64,000 nt of DNA from Octopus vulgaris (GCA_951406725.2 OX597826.1:7068001-7132000); one strand, 5' to 3'. Positions 1 through 13,335 are shown, counted from the first letter of the stretch. A program made the numbers and translations. The notes: generated by a model not told the origin, from the letters alone.

Positions 1-827
1 AACTTAGATTTTCGGTCAGTATCTTAACAAACAATTTCTCCCTTGCTTTTCGCATTATTATCAACGCATATAAATTTCTACAGCTTTGAACAATTCAATT
101 TTGTCGATCCTGTAGCATAATACATATCTAGTGTCATATATATTCAAGAAATGTAAGTTCTAGTGCAGTGAGATAGAAATATTTGCCATGTTTAGAGCAA
201 TATTCCTTATCAGAGCAACAATGAACAATATATAATACGTTCTTCTTACATGGCTGGATGGAATGGGTTATTCATCCTTGTATTGAATAGGAGAAGCGAA
301 ATGGTAAGTTGAAAGTCATATGACAGAATAACAATGGGAAAATAAGAAAGAAAAGAAACGAAAGGAAGATAAGAGCGCTTGTAAGTTAATACGATATGCA
401 TATATTTCATAAACATGTAACTGTGCGTTGTATATAAGGGTTATTCTTGTTGTGTATATTATATAATATTTTGCGCCGAACAGACCACCTTCAGGTGAAG
501 ATTTAGAAGAATAAAGTGATATTTCATTCTTTTTTCTTAAATCTTTCAATTTTTTCAGTCATCGGACAGCAGCCATAGAGGGCGCACCGCCATGAATGGT
601 TTAGTTTAAACAAATCGACCCCAGTACTTGCTTTGAAGGGTAGTATATATTCTATCGATTTATTTTGGAGAAGCATTAAGATGAGGGCACGTAAAACAAA
701 CCAAAACCGTTTGTCAAGCGTTAGAGGAAGCACAAAGACACAGAAGAAAGAATCGCGGATGCTTTCCATGTAGGTCAGATGTATATATTGTGTGCGTTTG
801 TGATTGTATATATAATTACATATATAC

Positions 828-899
<72 letters not shown>

Positions 900-903
<4 letters not shown>

Positions 904-1085
904 AGAGTTTACGAAGAAAACAAAAGATGAAGACAGGTGGTGTAGACAACAAACAGATGTATTAGTATAACACCCGGGAAGTGAAAATGTCTTTAACGTT
1001 TCGAGCCAACGCTCTTCCACAGAAAGGAACACAGAAAGAAATAAGGAGAGAAAAAAAAGAATGTGTAGTGGCTAGCGATCTGTCA
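900..1085 (-). mobile_element. Penelope-like element 3' end (pLTR fragment) inserted in (TA)n
   Basis: Reverse complement aligns by eye with 43980-44183, the 3' end of the GIY-YIG-bearing element; flanked by TA tracts; carries a hammerhead-like motif. Confidence 0.65.
991..1026 (-). ncRNA. Minimal type-I hammerhead ribozyme-like motif (variant core CUGUGGA)
   Basis: Minus strand: CTTT-CTGTGGA-A-GAGC-GTTG-GCTC-GAAAC-GTT-AAAG; stem I CTTT/AAAG, stem II GAGC/GCTC, palindromic AACGTT stem III. Confidence 0.55.
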
Positions 1086-1289
1086 TATATAATTACATAT
1101 GTATATATATATATGTATTCAACTATATGTATACACATAAAAACATATACATATATATGAGTGTATATAAATGTATGTATATATGTATAAATGTATCTAT
1201 GCATGTATGTATATGTGTAGATTTGTATGTTTTGTCTCATGTATGTATTGTCATGCATATAGTTGCATGTCTAGACATTCTCATATGTA

Positions 1290-1745
1290 CTTAATTGATA
1301 AAACTCTGGAACGTATCACAGATTTTTACAGTTCGAGTGATGATTGGAAGTGTAGTCTTCGAATCAGCTTTCTCCTTTCTGGTTTTGAGAAGCCTAATTT
1401 CTCAATATTGCTGCTTAGGCAGTCTGTTACATATCCCAGTGCCCCAATAATTACAGGTAGAAACCTGAAATTGTAATCCGATTCCTCAATATTTCAGCGT
1501 AAGTATTTTCTTTTTAACTTTATCTTTATGTTAACATCCACTGGGCAACTGATTTTCACAACTGTACACAGTTTCTCTTCTCTATCCCAAATCCTTATGT
1601 CAGCTCTGTTTTAGGGCTAATCCTTGCGACGGATATCATTATACAGTGTCCTAGCTACAACATCATGTCTCATCGGTAGATGATACAGTGATGACATTTT
1701 CGGACAACTGCTTATGAATTGGGTAATATTTCGGGTATTAACCCT
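1290..1745 (-). mobile_element. Decayed 3' end of an RLE-type non-LTR retrotransposon (R4/Dong-like): zinc knuckle plus restriction-like endonuclease
   Basis: Manual minus-strand translation across frameshifts: SSCPKMSSLYHLPMRHDVVARTLYNDIRRK ... RADIRIWDREEKLCTVV ... ISCPVDVNIK ... YNFRFLPVIIGALGYVTDCLSSNIEKLGF; matches the CCHC-RH, PD..D and IGALG motifs of RLE LINEs. Confidence 0.8.
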
Positions 1746-2472
1746 AGAAAATCTGCATCGGTTGTCGGTTGAATGTGTGTATGTATGAATACGTATACGC
1801 TGCGGATGATGAAATGAAATTCTTAAGAATCATACATGGTGATTAATATTTAATTTCTAATGACAACAATAGTGTGTGGCGACTGAAAATTCTAAATGTG
1901 ATATCTTCATTTCATTTGTAAGAATTCATTTTCAAGAATGAAAATGAATTAATGCAAAAAGCGCTTTGGGCATGAATCCCCCTGTGCAGTACCTTAGGCA
2001 ATTGGTTCCTGCTACAGACTAGGGCCAAAGAATGCCTTTTCTTATAAGCGAGAAGGACTTGGTTTTGCTTCATCGTATAGGCGAGTGAAAAAGAACATTT
2101 CACTTTCAAAGATAGAAAGATATGAGTTATCGAAGAAATTTTTCACCAGATTTCTGGTGCTTCTGTCTGTTTTCGAGACGAATTATAGAATTTACAATGA
2201 AAAGACCCACTCAGCAGACCAAGCAAAATATCACTAAAGTATATGAAATCATGTCCAGCGAACCGTCAGAGTAATACCATAGCATCTCTCGACTAAAATC
2301 AGTAAATGTATTCTTTTTCCAGTAGCCTCTTTGCAAGTCACTTCCATTATTGTAAAATCGAACCTCACCCATCAAACAAAACATATTGACTTTGTTCAAT
2401 GAAATAATGATAATAAATCAGTTAGTTTGGTGAAGAACACAGAAATGAAATTAAAATATTAATGGAACTTAC

Positions 2473-2525
2473 TCAGAATGTTCTAAATGCTGCCAAGAGG
2501 TTCCTTTGCTAGTTGTCACCTCCTG
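2473..2525 (-). CDS. Candidate 53-nt internal exon of an unidentified minus-strand gene
   Basis: ttttcacag|CAGGAG...TTCTGA|gtaagt; one open frame (QEVTTSKGTSWQHLEHS); no homology recognised. Confidence 0.25.
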
Positions 2526-2871
2526 CTGTGAAAACTACATCACTATGACACTCAGTTTGATCAACTTCCAAAAATAAATTGTATATACTTGTCGCTGCTA
2601 TCAATTTATATTTCAGAAATTATACCGCTATGCTTACGTCCTTATTGCTAAAAAGGAGAGCGAATATGTCACTTCGTCCACTTTCTACTTTTTACTATGT
2701 CATAATTCACCATGAACTAGAGACAAACATACAGTTGATAATCGTTAATCTGTTTTTGCATTTGATTTGCAACATTCTTGATGCGAACCCGTGTGCTGAA
2801 ATAATTTTTTTTTGTCTCTAGCGAGGGTCATTATGCCAATGAGAACCCATGCATTTTTTCTATTTCATATC

Positions 2872-3207
2872 ACTCTTTTACTTGTTTTTGTCATTTGACT
2901 GCGGCCATGCTGGAGCACTGCCTTTTAGTAGAGCAAATCGACCCCAGGACTTATTCTTTGGAATTCTAGTGCTTATTCTATCGGTCTTTTTTGCGGAACC
3001 GCTAAGTTACGGGGACATAAATACACCAGCATCGGTTGTCAAGCGATGTTGGTGGAACAAACACAGACACACAAACATACACACATATATATACATATAT
3101 ACGACGGGCTTCTTTCAGTTTCCGTCTACGAACTCCACTCACAAGGCTTTGGCCGCCCCGAGGCTACAGTAGAAGACACTTACCCAAGGTACCACGCTGT
3201 GGGATCG
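2872..3207 (-). mobile_element. SINE family B (CCTTGGGCAAG CORE-like segment, internal microsatellite), 5'-truncated
   Basis: Matches 52946-53370 in reverse complement. Confidence 0.85.
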
Positions 3208-3379
3208 AAATCTACTCTGGCTTGACTAGATTTCGAATAGAGGGTGGCTGTCAATAACGAAGCCGCGAATGGTAGCGAAAACTCTTCGATAAACCTATCT
3301 TATTGATTGATTAACCAAACGATTAATCAAGCACAGATTAATTCATTAATAAAATGTTAATGACTTGACTAATAATATT

Positions 3380-3752
3380 GATTTCAACTTTTAGCACAAG
3401 GCCAGCAATTTCGAGGAATGTGGTAAATCGATTACATCGGTCTCAGTACTTTACTGGTACTAATTCTATCGAACTCGAAAGAATGAAAGGCAAAGTCGAC
3501 TCCGGTAGAGTTTCAACGCAGAACGTCGTGTTAACGATTCTGTCAGCTCGCAGCCTTCTTCCTTCTAAATATAGGTTTTAAATTTTGGCACAAGGCCAGC
3601 AATCTCAGAGAGAGGCGGTTAAGTTGCTTACATCGATCCCAATGACCTAATGTTACTTATTTTATCGACCCCAAAAAAATGAAAGTCAAAGCCGACACTG
3701 CAGTATTTGTAATCAGAACGTAAAGATAGACGAAACGCCGCTAAGCATTTTG
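3380..3752 (-). mobile_element. Two old, tandem SINE family C-related copies
   Basis: ATGAAAGGCAAAGTCGAC core and GGCACAAGGCCAGCAAT tail present twice. Confidence 0.65.
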
Positions 3753-3784
3753 GGTTTATTATTGTCGTAAATAAACCAAAATTG

Positions 3785-4093
3785 TTGTGTTTCCTTTGTT
3801 CCTTCCCGAGCTATCCCTCGCTCATTAGGGCCGGTTTCCCGGTTTCCTTGGTGTATAGGTTCCCCACCTGGATGGGACGCTGGTCCGTTGCAGGTGAGCT
3901 ACAAGATGCAGGAGGAAAGAGTGAGAGAAGGTTGTGGCGAAAGAGTCAGCAGAAGTTCGCCATTACCTTCTGCCGGAGCCGCGTAGGGTTTAGGTGTGTC
4001 GCTCATAAAGACACACATCGCCCGGTCTGAGATTCGAACCCGCGATCCCTCGACCCCGAGTCCGCTGCTCTAACCACTAGGTCATATGCCTCC
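3785..4093 (-). mobile_element. SINE family A (tRNA-derived head) with TSD
   Basis: A/B boxes on the minus strand; flanked by AATAAACCAAAATTG (3770-3784) and AATAGACCAAAATTG (4094-4108). Confidence 0.85.
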
Positions 4094-4104
4094 AATAGAC
4101 CAAA

Positions 4105-4570
4105 ATTGCTTATCCCTAAATCTGAAATTTTGAAATTCAAATGTACTGAAGATACGAAATGTTTTCGAGTGACAAAGGCGTTAAAAGTGAAAAATTCCTG
4201 GACACTTGAAAAAGATCATGAAATATTCTATTGTGTTGATGAGAATAAACGAAATTGAAAACAGCGAGAGTAACAGGTTATTCTTTCCTTTGTTTAACAA
4301 TCTGGAGTGAAAGAGAAATGGCGGATTTGTTTTAGCTAAAGACGAAACATTCCAAACTTAGACTGCCATGTCGTGCGAAGTTCGTGCAGCAGTAAGTTTT
4401 TAAGACTGTCTTCATGGTAAATGTATAAGTTGTACTTTGAAATGTAAATGTGTAGCGTGTTTGGACTCATGTCCCAGAGCGAAACTGTCTTATTTCAAAG
4501 ATGAACATAAACAATTATTCCGAATTCTGAAGCGCTTCCGGCCCCAAGCATTTGGGAAAAAGAAAATTGT
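4105..4570. mobile_element. Degenerate pogo/Tigger-type non-autonomous DNA element (Tigger4/MER46-like ends)
   Basis: Left ATCCCTAAATCTGAAATTTTGAAATTCAAA and right TCTGAAGCGCTTCCGGCCCCAAGCATTTGGGA resemble Tigger4-type subterminal sequences (recalled pattern). Confidence 0.45.
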
Positions 4571-4966
4571 CAAATGTATTAAATGACTGATCGCAACTAT
4601 TTGGTATGGGTGTGTGGTTAAGAAGCTCACTATGAAAAGACTGAGCTTCGGTTTCAATCCTAATGCGAGAATCCATGGCCAAGTGTTTTCAACTGTAGCC
4701 TAGGCTTTTGAATGAATATGGTAAAAGGAGGCTGTGTAGGAGCGCATATTATATATATACATATGTGTGAGTGTGTGTGTGTGTGTATACATATATATAT
4801 ATATATATATGACCCGTCCGTGTGTTTTCTTGTCCCTTTTTTGTATCATCTGTCTAGATATTTTGCTTTCTTGTCCCATTTTTGTATTTTTTTCATATAC
4901 ATATTGTTGCGTACGTATACTTTAGTCTCTTATATGTAAGTACATTTATATATATATATATATGCA

Positions 4967-5118
4967 TGCACAGGATTGGCTATGTGGTAAGAAGTTTACT
5001 TACCAACCACATGGTTCGGGATTCAGTCTCACTGCATGGCACCTTGGGCAAATATCTTCTACTATAGATTCGGGCCTTGTGAGTGGATTTGGTAGACAGA
5101 AACTGAAAGAAGTCCGTC

Positions 5119-5166
<48 letters not shown>

Positions 5167-5400
5167 TTGTTGTGTTTGGGGGTGTATGTTTGTTTGTCTG
5201 TGTTTGTCCCCTCGCCACCGCTTGACAACAGATGTTGGTTGTTTACGTGTCTGTCACTTATCGGTTCGGCAAAATAACTGATAGAATAAGTACTAGGCTT
5301 AAAAAGAATAAGTCCTGGGGTCGATTTGTTCGAGCAAAGGCGTCGCTCCAACATGGCCGCAGTCTAATGACTGAAACAAATTAACGAATAAGAGAATAAA
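4967..5400 (+). mobile_element. SINE family B, near full length
   Basis: Head GGCTATGTGGTAAGAAG, CCTTGGGCAAAT, central (TA)n, tail CCAACATGGCCGCAGTCTAATGACTGAAAC. Confidence 0.85.
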
Positions 5401-5414
5401 TGTATACATATAAT

Positions 5415-5495
<81 letters not shown>

Positions 5496-6601
5496 GTATA
5501 TATACACATACATATATATGTATATGGATACATAGATATAGATATACATACATATACGCGTGTGTGCAAGTGTGTGTGTAAGTGATGCTATCTGAGACTG
5601 TTTGTCTCTGTATGTATAAGGGCCAAAGAATATATTACTAAGTTTGGTGAGCATTTGTTCCATTAACCAGATCCTCTGAAATATCTACTAGGTAAAAAGA
5701 ACAAGAGATTCTGTAAAGACGAAAGATTGACAGCAGAATTCATCAACCTACATATCAAATAATTACACACTTGATGCGTTTCTTTTATGTCTTTCTTGGT
5801 AGTACCTCCATCCAAAGGAAACTATTAGCAATCTTTATAGTAACTACCGTTCTCTTTAACCATGAGAGCGTCTGTCTGTGATTAAGCGTCAATGTATTTC
5901 TATATGCGCCAATATGCTTTTATATACATATACATATGTGAGTGTGTGTGTGTGTGTGTATGTGTGCATTCCTATATGTACTCACGCAAATATGTATATC
6001 TATGTATCTATATTATGTTGTATGTATAACCATCTTCACATTTAAATATATAGCAACCTTTGTAATACACGTTGTGTTGTGCAGAAAATATATTTATCTT
6101 AATTAATGACTAGCTATCAGAACCAGAAATATGCAAATTGTGTGCATCTGAACACACACGCTCTCTCTCTCTCTGTCTCTCTCTCTCTCTCACAAACACA
6201 CACACACACACACACATACACACACACACACATATGCACATGCACAAGCCCCTAAACTCACACACGCATATATATATATATATATGCCATCTACATACAT
6301 ATCAATTTATTTAATATATGTTTATGACAATCGCACAATTATATAATAAAAGAATATGGACAATATGTGTGTATATGTTTAAACATATATCTATCCATGC
6401 TTTTATATATATATATATGCGTATATGCACGTATACGTGTATATGTTTATCACAATGTATCTCTTTTTATGACTCTGTATCAGATACACATAAATTCAGA
6501 TCGTAATATTAATAACGAAACGAAATCATTTTCCGCCTATACCAATATTACACATGTGTGTGTTTGCGTGTATGTGTGTGTTTTTGTGTGTATGTGTATG
6601 T

Positions 6602-6653
<52 letters not shown>

Positions 6654-7353
6654 CAATTTTAGCAGAAATCCGATTATATATTTGTTTCCTTAACGGATCA
6701 GCGTGCAGGAAAAGAACGCGCAGTAAATACAGTATAAAGCAGCAAATATGTTAATATCGCAGCAGTTTGCCGTAGAACATGTTGTTCTGTTGAGTCTTCT
6801 GAAAAATATTAATAATTCTAAACAGAAACCAGTGATAATATTTCTGAAAATCTCTTACACTAATCTTCAAGCGAAGGATTAAACGCCATTCAGTAATATG
6901 ATGAAGTAATTTGCGAACGGGGAATTATTTTCCTTTCCTTCATATTTATTTGTTACTTTAAGTTTTGTTGTTTCGTATTTTTCTTTCTCTTTTTCTTATG
7001 TCTTCTCTCTCACCTCTCTCTCTCTCTCTTTCTCTCTCTCTCTTTTCCTTCCCTTTCTCTTACACTCTGCTCTTCTCTATCTCTCTTAATTTCTTCTCAT
7101 TCTTGTATTTATTCATGTTTTTATCCGTTTTCATTAAAATGATATATGGTTTCTCCACGTTCACATATATTATATATTTAATATGATTGTATGTGTGTAC
7201 ATATGTGTACGCACATATACATACATGTATATGGATATGTGTGTGTGTGTGCTTTATGAGTGTGTTTCATATGTGCCTACATGCATACGTGTAAATGTGT
7301 CTTCGGTTCTGTGAACATATATATCCATATACACATCTACAATTGTACATATA

Positions 7354-7402
<49 letters not shown>

Positions 7403-7408
7403 CACACT

Positions 7409-7444
<36 letters not shown>

Positions 7445-7674
7445 GATGTATATGTATACATACATATACTTGCACACATACAAATATATATACATACATG
7501 CGTACATACATTAACATGTGTATGTGTATTCCTGTATAAGTTCTACTCTGTGTGTATATATTTATAAATGCATGAGCGGACTAGTAGAAAGCCTTATATA
7601 CACAATTATAATTAAAGGAGAATGTCTTTCGTGACGATGTGTCTGTAAAAAGACAAATACACACACACACACGC

Positions 7675-7745
<71 letters not shown>

Positions 7746-8186
7746 AGCACTCATATATGAACGTGCGCAAACGCAAGCACACACTTTATCGTTTATATTA
7801 AATCTTATATCAATCTGTTAGAAGCAGATAACAGCTTCAGTATATCTTCCGAATGTCTCAACAACCTTCAACGGTGTGGTCATCTAACAACCTAAATCTC
7901 GAAGACCATTCTGCATTGCTTCTGTCCAACGCATCGATACTTAAACAAACGCTGCCACAATCATCAATATGGCGTATTTATTATTTTATTTCAATCAGGC
8001 TGTGCAAACAATCAGATACTTATAAAGAGTACTTCGCATCCTGTCTTTAGCGATTGCTGTGTCTTCGATTAATGTATTTCAACAGATTTGTTATTATAAG
8101 ATAAACACCTATACGGGATTATATGACCTACGAGTAATAGCAGCTAAAAGGTTTGCTTTAAAATAAAACGTGGCCATATTACAGTA

Positions 8187-8492
8187 GGAGGTGCAATGGC
8201 TCAGTGGTTAGGGCAGCGTACTCGCGATCGGAGGATCGCGGTTTCGACTCCCAGACAAGGGCCTTGTGTGTGTTTATTGAGCGAAAACACCTGCTTTCGG
8301 CAGGGGGTGGTGGCGACCCCTGTTGTACTCTTTCGCCCCAACTTTCTCTCACTCTTCCTTCCTGTTTCTTGAGTAACTCTGCGATGGACTGGCGTCCCGT
8401 CCAGCTGGGGTGGGGGAACACATACGCCATAGAAACCGGGAAACCGGGCCCATGGGCCTGGCTAGGCTTGAAAAGGGTGCATAAATAAATAA
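8187..8492 (+). mobile_element. SINE family A, full length with TSD
   Basis: GGAGGTGCAATGGCTCAGTGG (A box), GGTTTCGACTCCC (B box), (TAAA)n tail; TSD ATA(T/G)TACAGTA. Confidence 0.9.
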
Positions 8493-9464
8493 ATAGTACA
8501 GTAGGATGGACACTTCATATAGTCATAGTATTCGGATTTGTTGGGTAAATGGCTATGGGTTTGGCTTCATATGTTTGGTACGAATCTGCTTCATCAGGGC
8601 TGCCCAGCCAACCACGTACAAAAACAACAATCGCACCCCCCCCCTCCCCCAATTGGTTGATGACGATGGAACTGATCGGGGTGGTGGAGGAGGAAAGGGA
8701 GATGCATGATGTCGATGAAGCAACGATGACGACGATAATGATGATGGAAATGGTGGTGATGATGATAATGAGGAGGAGGTAGACGAAGAAAGAGGTTTAA
8801 GAGGGAAGGGGAGGGGAAATGTATGTTGATGTCAATGAAGACGATGATGATGATGATGGTGGTGGTGGTGATGGTGATATGATGGTGATGGTGATGACGA
8901 TGATGATGATATGATATGATGATGATGATGATGGTGGTGGTGGTTGTGGTGGTGGCAATGGTGTGGGTGAGGTGGAGGAGGCGCAGATGATGATGGTCAG
9001 CATAGCCACGACTAGAGCAATGATGGCGATTATGGGGACATTGATGATGGCGGTGTCACGATGAATAAAAGCGATGACACTGAAGACCACGAAGATGACG
9101 ACGCAGACGATATTTGACGTTGACGGTGATACTTTCGGTGAAGATGATGACGATGATGACGATGATGACGAGGATGATGATGATGACGATTAAATTCCAT
9201 ACTATTGCAACGTCTGTCTTATAGACTTACTGAAAGAAAGGAAAAAAAAAACAATTAATGATATTACAATAACAGTCCTCAACTGAAGATATACGATAAT
9301 GTAAACAAACAATATTTAATGTAAACAAAGTTGTTTTTGATAATAAGATATAAGAATATGCCCTGGAGCCAACAATGGTACTACCTTTTATATGAAATGT
9401 CTGTATATAATTCTACACTTATATTTAATACGTCTAGCGTACATGGGCATACTTCTATATTTTG

Positions 9465-9511
<47 letters not shown>

Positions 9512-9564
9512 GTCTATCTATCTATCAATCTATATATCTATCTATATATCTACCTTTCTATCAG

Positions 9565-9652
<88 letters not shown>

Positions 9653-9870
9653 CCTATCTATCTATTTATCTATTTATTTTTCTATCTATCAATTTATCTA
9701 TATATCAGTCTATCTATCTATGTGTCTATCAATCTTTCTATCTACCTGCCCCCCTGTCTGTCTATATGTATGTGTGCCTATCTGTCTGTCTGTCTATCTA
9801 TTTATCTATCCATCTAACTATTTACCTTGTATGTATTTAACTGTCTATTCATCTGTGTATCTATCTGATT
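9465..9870. repeat. (TATC)n tetranucleotide microsatellite
   Basis: Long TCTA/TCTG run. Confidence 0.95.
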
Positions 9871-10129
9871 GCCTATATATGTTTATATATATATATATGG
9901 TTATCAGTAACAATATGAAATATAATTTGGAATAATTATTAATTACACCAAGTAGATTTCGGCATGTAAAAGCCTCATTCGAGGAAAATTTAATACTAAG
10001 AATTAGGGTTTAGCATGTCACACACACAATGAATAGAGTCAGTATATTCTCTACTAAAGGAGATCCCAGTTTACTGAGATCTCCTTTAGTATATCTTTGA
10101 CTTATATATATATATATATATATATATAG

Positions 10130-10245
<116 letters not shown>

Positions 10246-10405
10246 GTGTGTGTGTGTGTATGTCTGTGCGTGTGTATATGTGTATGTGTGGGTGTGAACA
10301 CGCGTGTGCGTATGGGTGTCTGTGTATGCCTAAAGATACGTGCACATACGCAGAAAGACACATATAGACAAAATAACTGCTAAGTCAGACAGAGACACAC
10401 ACACG

Positions 10406-10436
<31 letters not shown>

Positions 10437-10462
10437 GCAGACAGGCAGACAGACAGACAGTC

Positions 10463-10543
<81 letters not shown>

Positions 10544-10945
10544 CGCATATTACACAATGAATATGCGTTATTTTCCTTCAGTAGTTACGACTGTTCTCAG
10601 TCTCTTAGTATAGAAATTATGAATTTTTTTCTGTAAATTATGTAAACAATTGAACGCAGTACATCTAATCAAGACCGAAAGATTAAAATATGTAGAGAGG
10701 TATCTCTATTACAGTTTAAAATACGTGCTGTAAGTACATGGCACCATTCCAAGTTGCAGTATTCGAATATATGAATGCATATTATATCACCGATTGTGGA
10801 ATTATTAAATTTTCTAACTTTAAATTAAATAAAAATTGACGTTTTATAAACACGAATACAAAATATGAAATATGCAGTGACCTCGTCACACAATTTCTAA
10901 TTCAAATTCAATGAAAAGCTTATATAGAATATCGGAAATTGTTGG

Positions 10946-11790
10946 TGCTGTCGTGGCTGTGTGGTAAGGAGTTTGCGTTCTAAATATACAGTAGCAGGGT
11001 TGAGTCCCCCTGCATGGCAGTTTGGGCAAGTGTCAACTACTAGAGCTTCGGCCCGACCAAAGCCTTGTCAGTGGATTTGGTAGAAGGAAACTGAAAGAAG
11101 CTTGATATATATGTGTGTATGTGTGTGCGTGTGTGGCGGTGGAGAGAGTGGTGAGAGAACAGGTGTTTGTGTGTACTCTTTTAGTTGTTTCAGTCATTTG
11201 ACTGTGGCCATGCTGGAGCACCGCCTTTAGTCGAGCAAATAGACCCCGGGACTTATTCTTTGTAAGCCTAGTACTTATTCCATCGGTCTCTTTTGTCGAA
11301 CCGCAAAGCTACGGGGACGTAAACACACCAGCATCAGTTGTCAAACGATCTTGGGTAGGGGAAGACAAATACAAACACATAAACACACACACATACATAT
11401 TCATATATGTACATATATATGACGGGCTTCTTTCAGTTTCCGTCTACCAAATCCACTCACAAGGCTTTGGTTGGCCCAAAGCTATAATAGAAGACACTTG
11501 CCCAAGGTGCCCCGCAGTAGGAATGAAACCGGAACCATGTGGTCGGTAAGCAAGCTACTTACCACACAGCCCCTCTTGAGCCTTGTGTATGTGTTTTTGT
11601 GTCTGTGTTTGTCCTCACTATCGCTTGACAACTGGTGTTGGTATTGGTGTGTTTACGTCCATGTAAACTAGCGGTTCGTCAAAAGTGATAGGCTTTAAAA
11701 AAAAATACGTAGTTCGGTTCATCCGAGTAAACCTTCTTCAGTATGATACCCCTGCATGACTGCAGTCAAATGACTTAAATAAAATAAGTT
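10946..11790 (+). mobile_element. SINE B copy interrupted in its central microsatellite by an inverted SINE B copy (11175-11575, minus)
   Basis: Plus head 10946-11110, complete minus copy, then the plus tail resumes at ~11585. Confidence 0.8.
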
Positions 11791-12326
11791 AAAACGCAAA
11801 TAACGAAGAAGTATTTGTTATGAAAACCCAAAAACAATCACTGATCTTTAATAGCGCGTTATATAGCCTAAGGTTAATTACTTTGGAATATCAGAGACCT
11901 TGCGAGCAGGTGAGGTAGATATAAAACTGTGTAGCAGGTGACCATTACTTTCTTTGCAATACTTTTACGTGAACGTGGTGTGCTTACTCACTTTAGTGAG
12001 AAGCCTAACACGAACGTTTGGTTGTATACGTGGTCTGTCTCCTATGTGAAGTTTTGTCTGTATTGGCTTCGTGTTAACAAAGCGTTTAATTAAATTTTAT
12101 TTAAAGTTTATAATTGAAAATCTTAATCATTTTCCTCTTATAATTTTCTAATTTCCTGAAATAACTTATGAAGAGAAATCGCATGAACATTGACATGAAG
12201 ACATGAATAAAAGGTGAAATCAATGAATTGGATGTAATTTTATGTTTTAAGACTACTTTGCTAAAAGGTGTTAGTATATGCAAAAAATATATATATTTCA
12301 ATATTTTTAACTGGTTTTAAAATACT

Positions 12327-12927
12327 TGTTTCTTTATTACCCACAGGGAGCTAAACATTGAGGGGACAAACAAATACAGACAAACGGATTAAGTCGATTA
12401 CATCGACCCCAGTGCGTAACTGGTACTTAATTTATCGACCGAGAAGGGATGAAACGCAAAGTAGATCTCGGTAGAATTTGAACTCTGAACGTAACGGCAG
12501 ACGAAATACCTGTTTCTTTACTACCCAGAAGGGGTTAAACACAGAGGGGACAAACAGGGACAGACAAATGGATTAAATCGATTATATCGACCCCAGTGCG
12601 TAACTCATACTTATTTAATCGACCCCGAAAGTATGAAAGGTAAATTCGACCTCAGCGGAATTTGAACTTAGAACGTAACAGCAGACGAAATACCTATTTC
12701 TTTACTACCCACAAGGAGCTAAACATAGAGGCGACAAACAAGGGCAGACAAATGGATTAAGTCGATTACATCGACCTAGTGCGTAACTGGTACTTAATTT
12801 ATCGACCCCGAAGGGATGAAAGGCAAAATAGACCTCAGCGGAATTTGAACTCAGAACGTAACAGCAGACGAAATACCGCTATACATTTCGCCCGGCGTGC
12901 TAACATGTCTGCCAGCTCGCCGCCTTA
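12327..12927 (-). mobile_element. SINE family C trimeric head-to-tail array with one head and an 18-bp TSD
   Basis: Three ~184-bp units joined at GACGAAATAC; flanked by AACTGGTTTTAAAATACT at 12309-12326 and 12928-12945. Confidence 0.9.
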
Positions 12928-12956
12928 AACTGGTTTTAAAATACTGTTACTCCTGA

Positions 12957-13335
12957 AGGGCGGTGTTGTGACAAAATCCTTTGCACGCCGGACAAAACAC
13001 AGAGTAACATTTCGTCTGTCTTTACGTTCCCTAGTTCAAATGCCACCAAGTTCGACTTAGCCTTTCATCCTTTCGAAGTCGATAAAATAAGTACGAGTTT
13101 TACCAAAATTTGAAATTAATATTTCAGGTGTTTTTAAAGTTATGCTTCTTTTGAAAGGCGGCGATGTGGCACAATCGTTTACACGCTGTAGAAAGTTCTT
13201 AGCGTTATTTCTTACGTTCTGTGGCCAGATTCAACCGAGGTCACCTTTCCTTTTAATTCTTTCGGAGCCGATAAATTGGATACTCGTTCAGCACAGGGGC
13301 CGATGTAAACGGCTAGCCGAATCCCATAAAAATGT
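12957..13335 (+). mobile_element. Two degenerate SINE C-related copies
   Basis: GGCGG head and GCCTTTCATCCTTTCG..GTCGATAAAATAAGTAC core. Confidence 0.6.

Noticed and set aside
8187-8265. tRNA gene
   Set aside because: A/B boxes belong to a SINE head that continues into a body, tail and TSD; no proper acceptor stem
10003-10013. Telomeric TTAGGG seed
   Set aside because: Single unit only
12327-12927. CRISPR-like or satellite array
   Set aside because: Units are whole SINE bodies with no unique spacers; eukaryotic context, no cas genes
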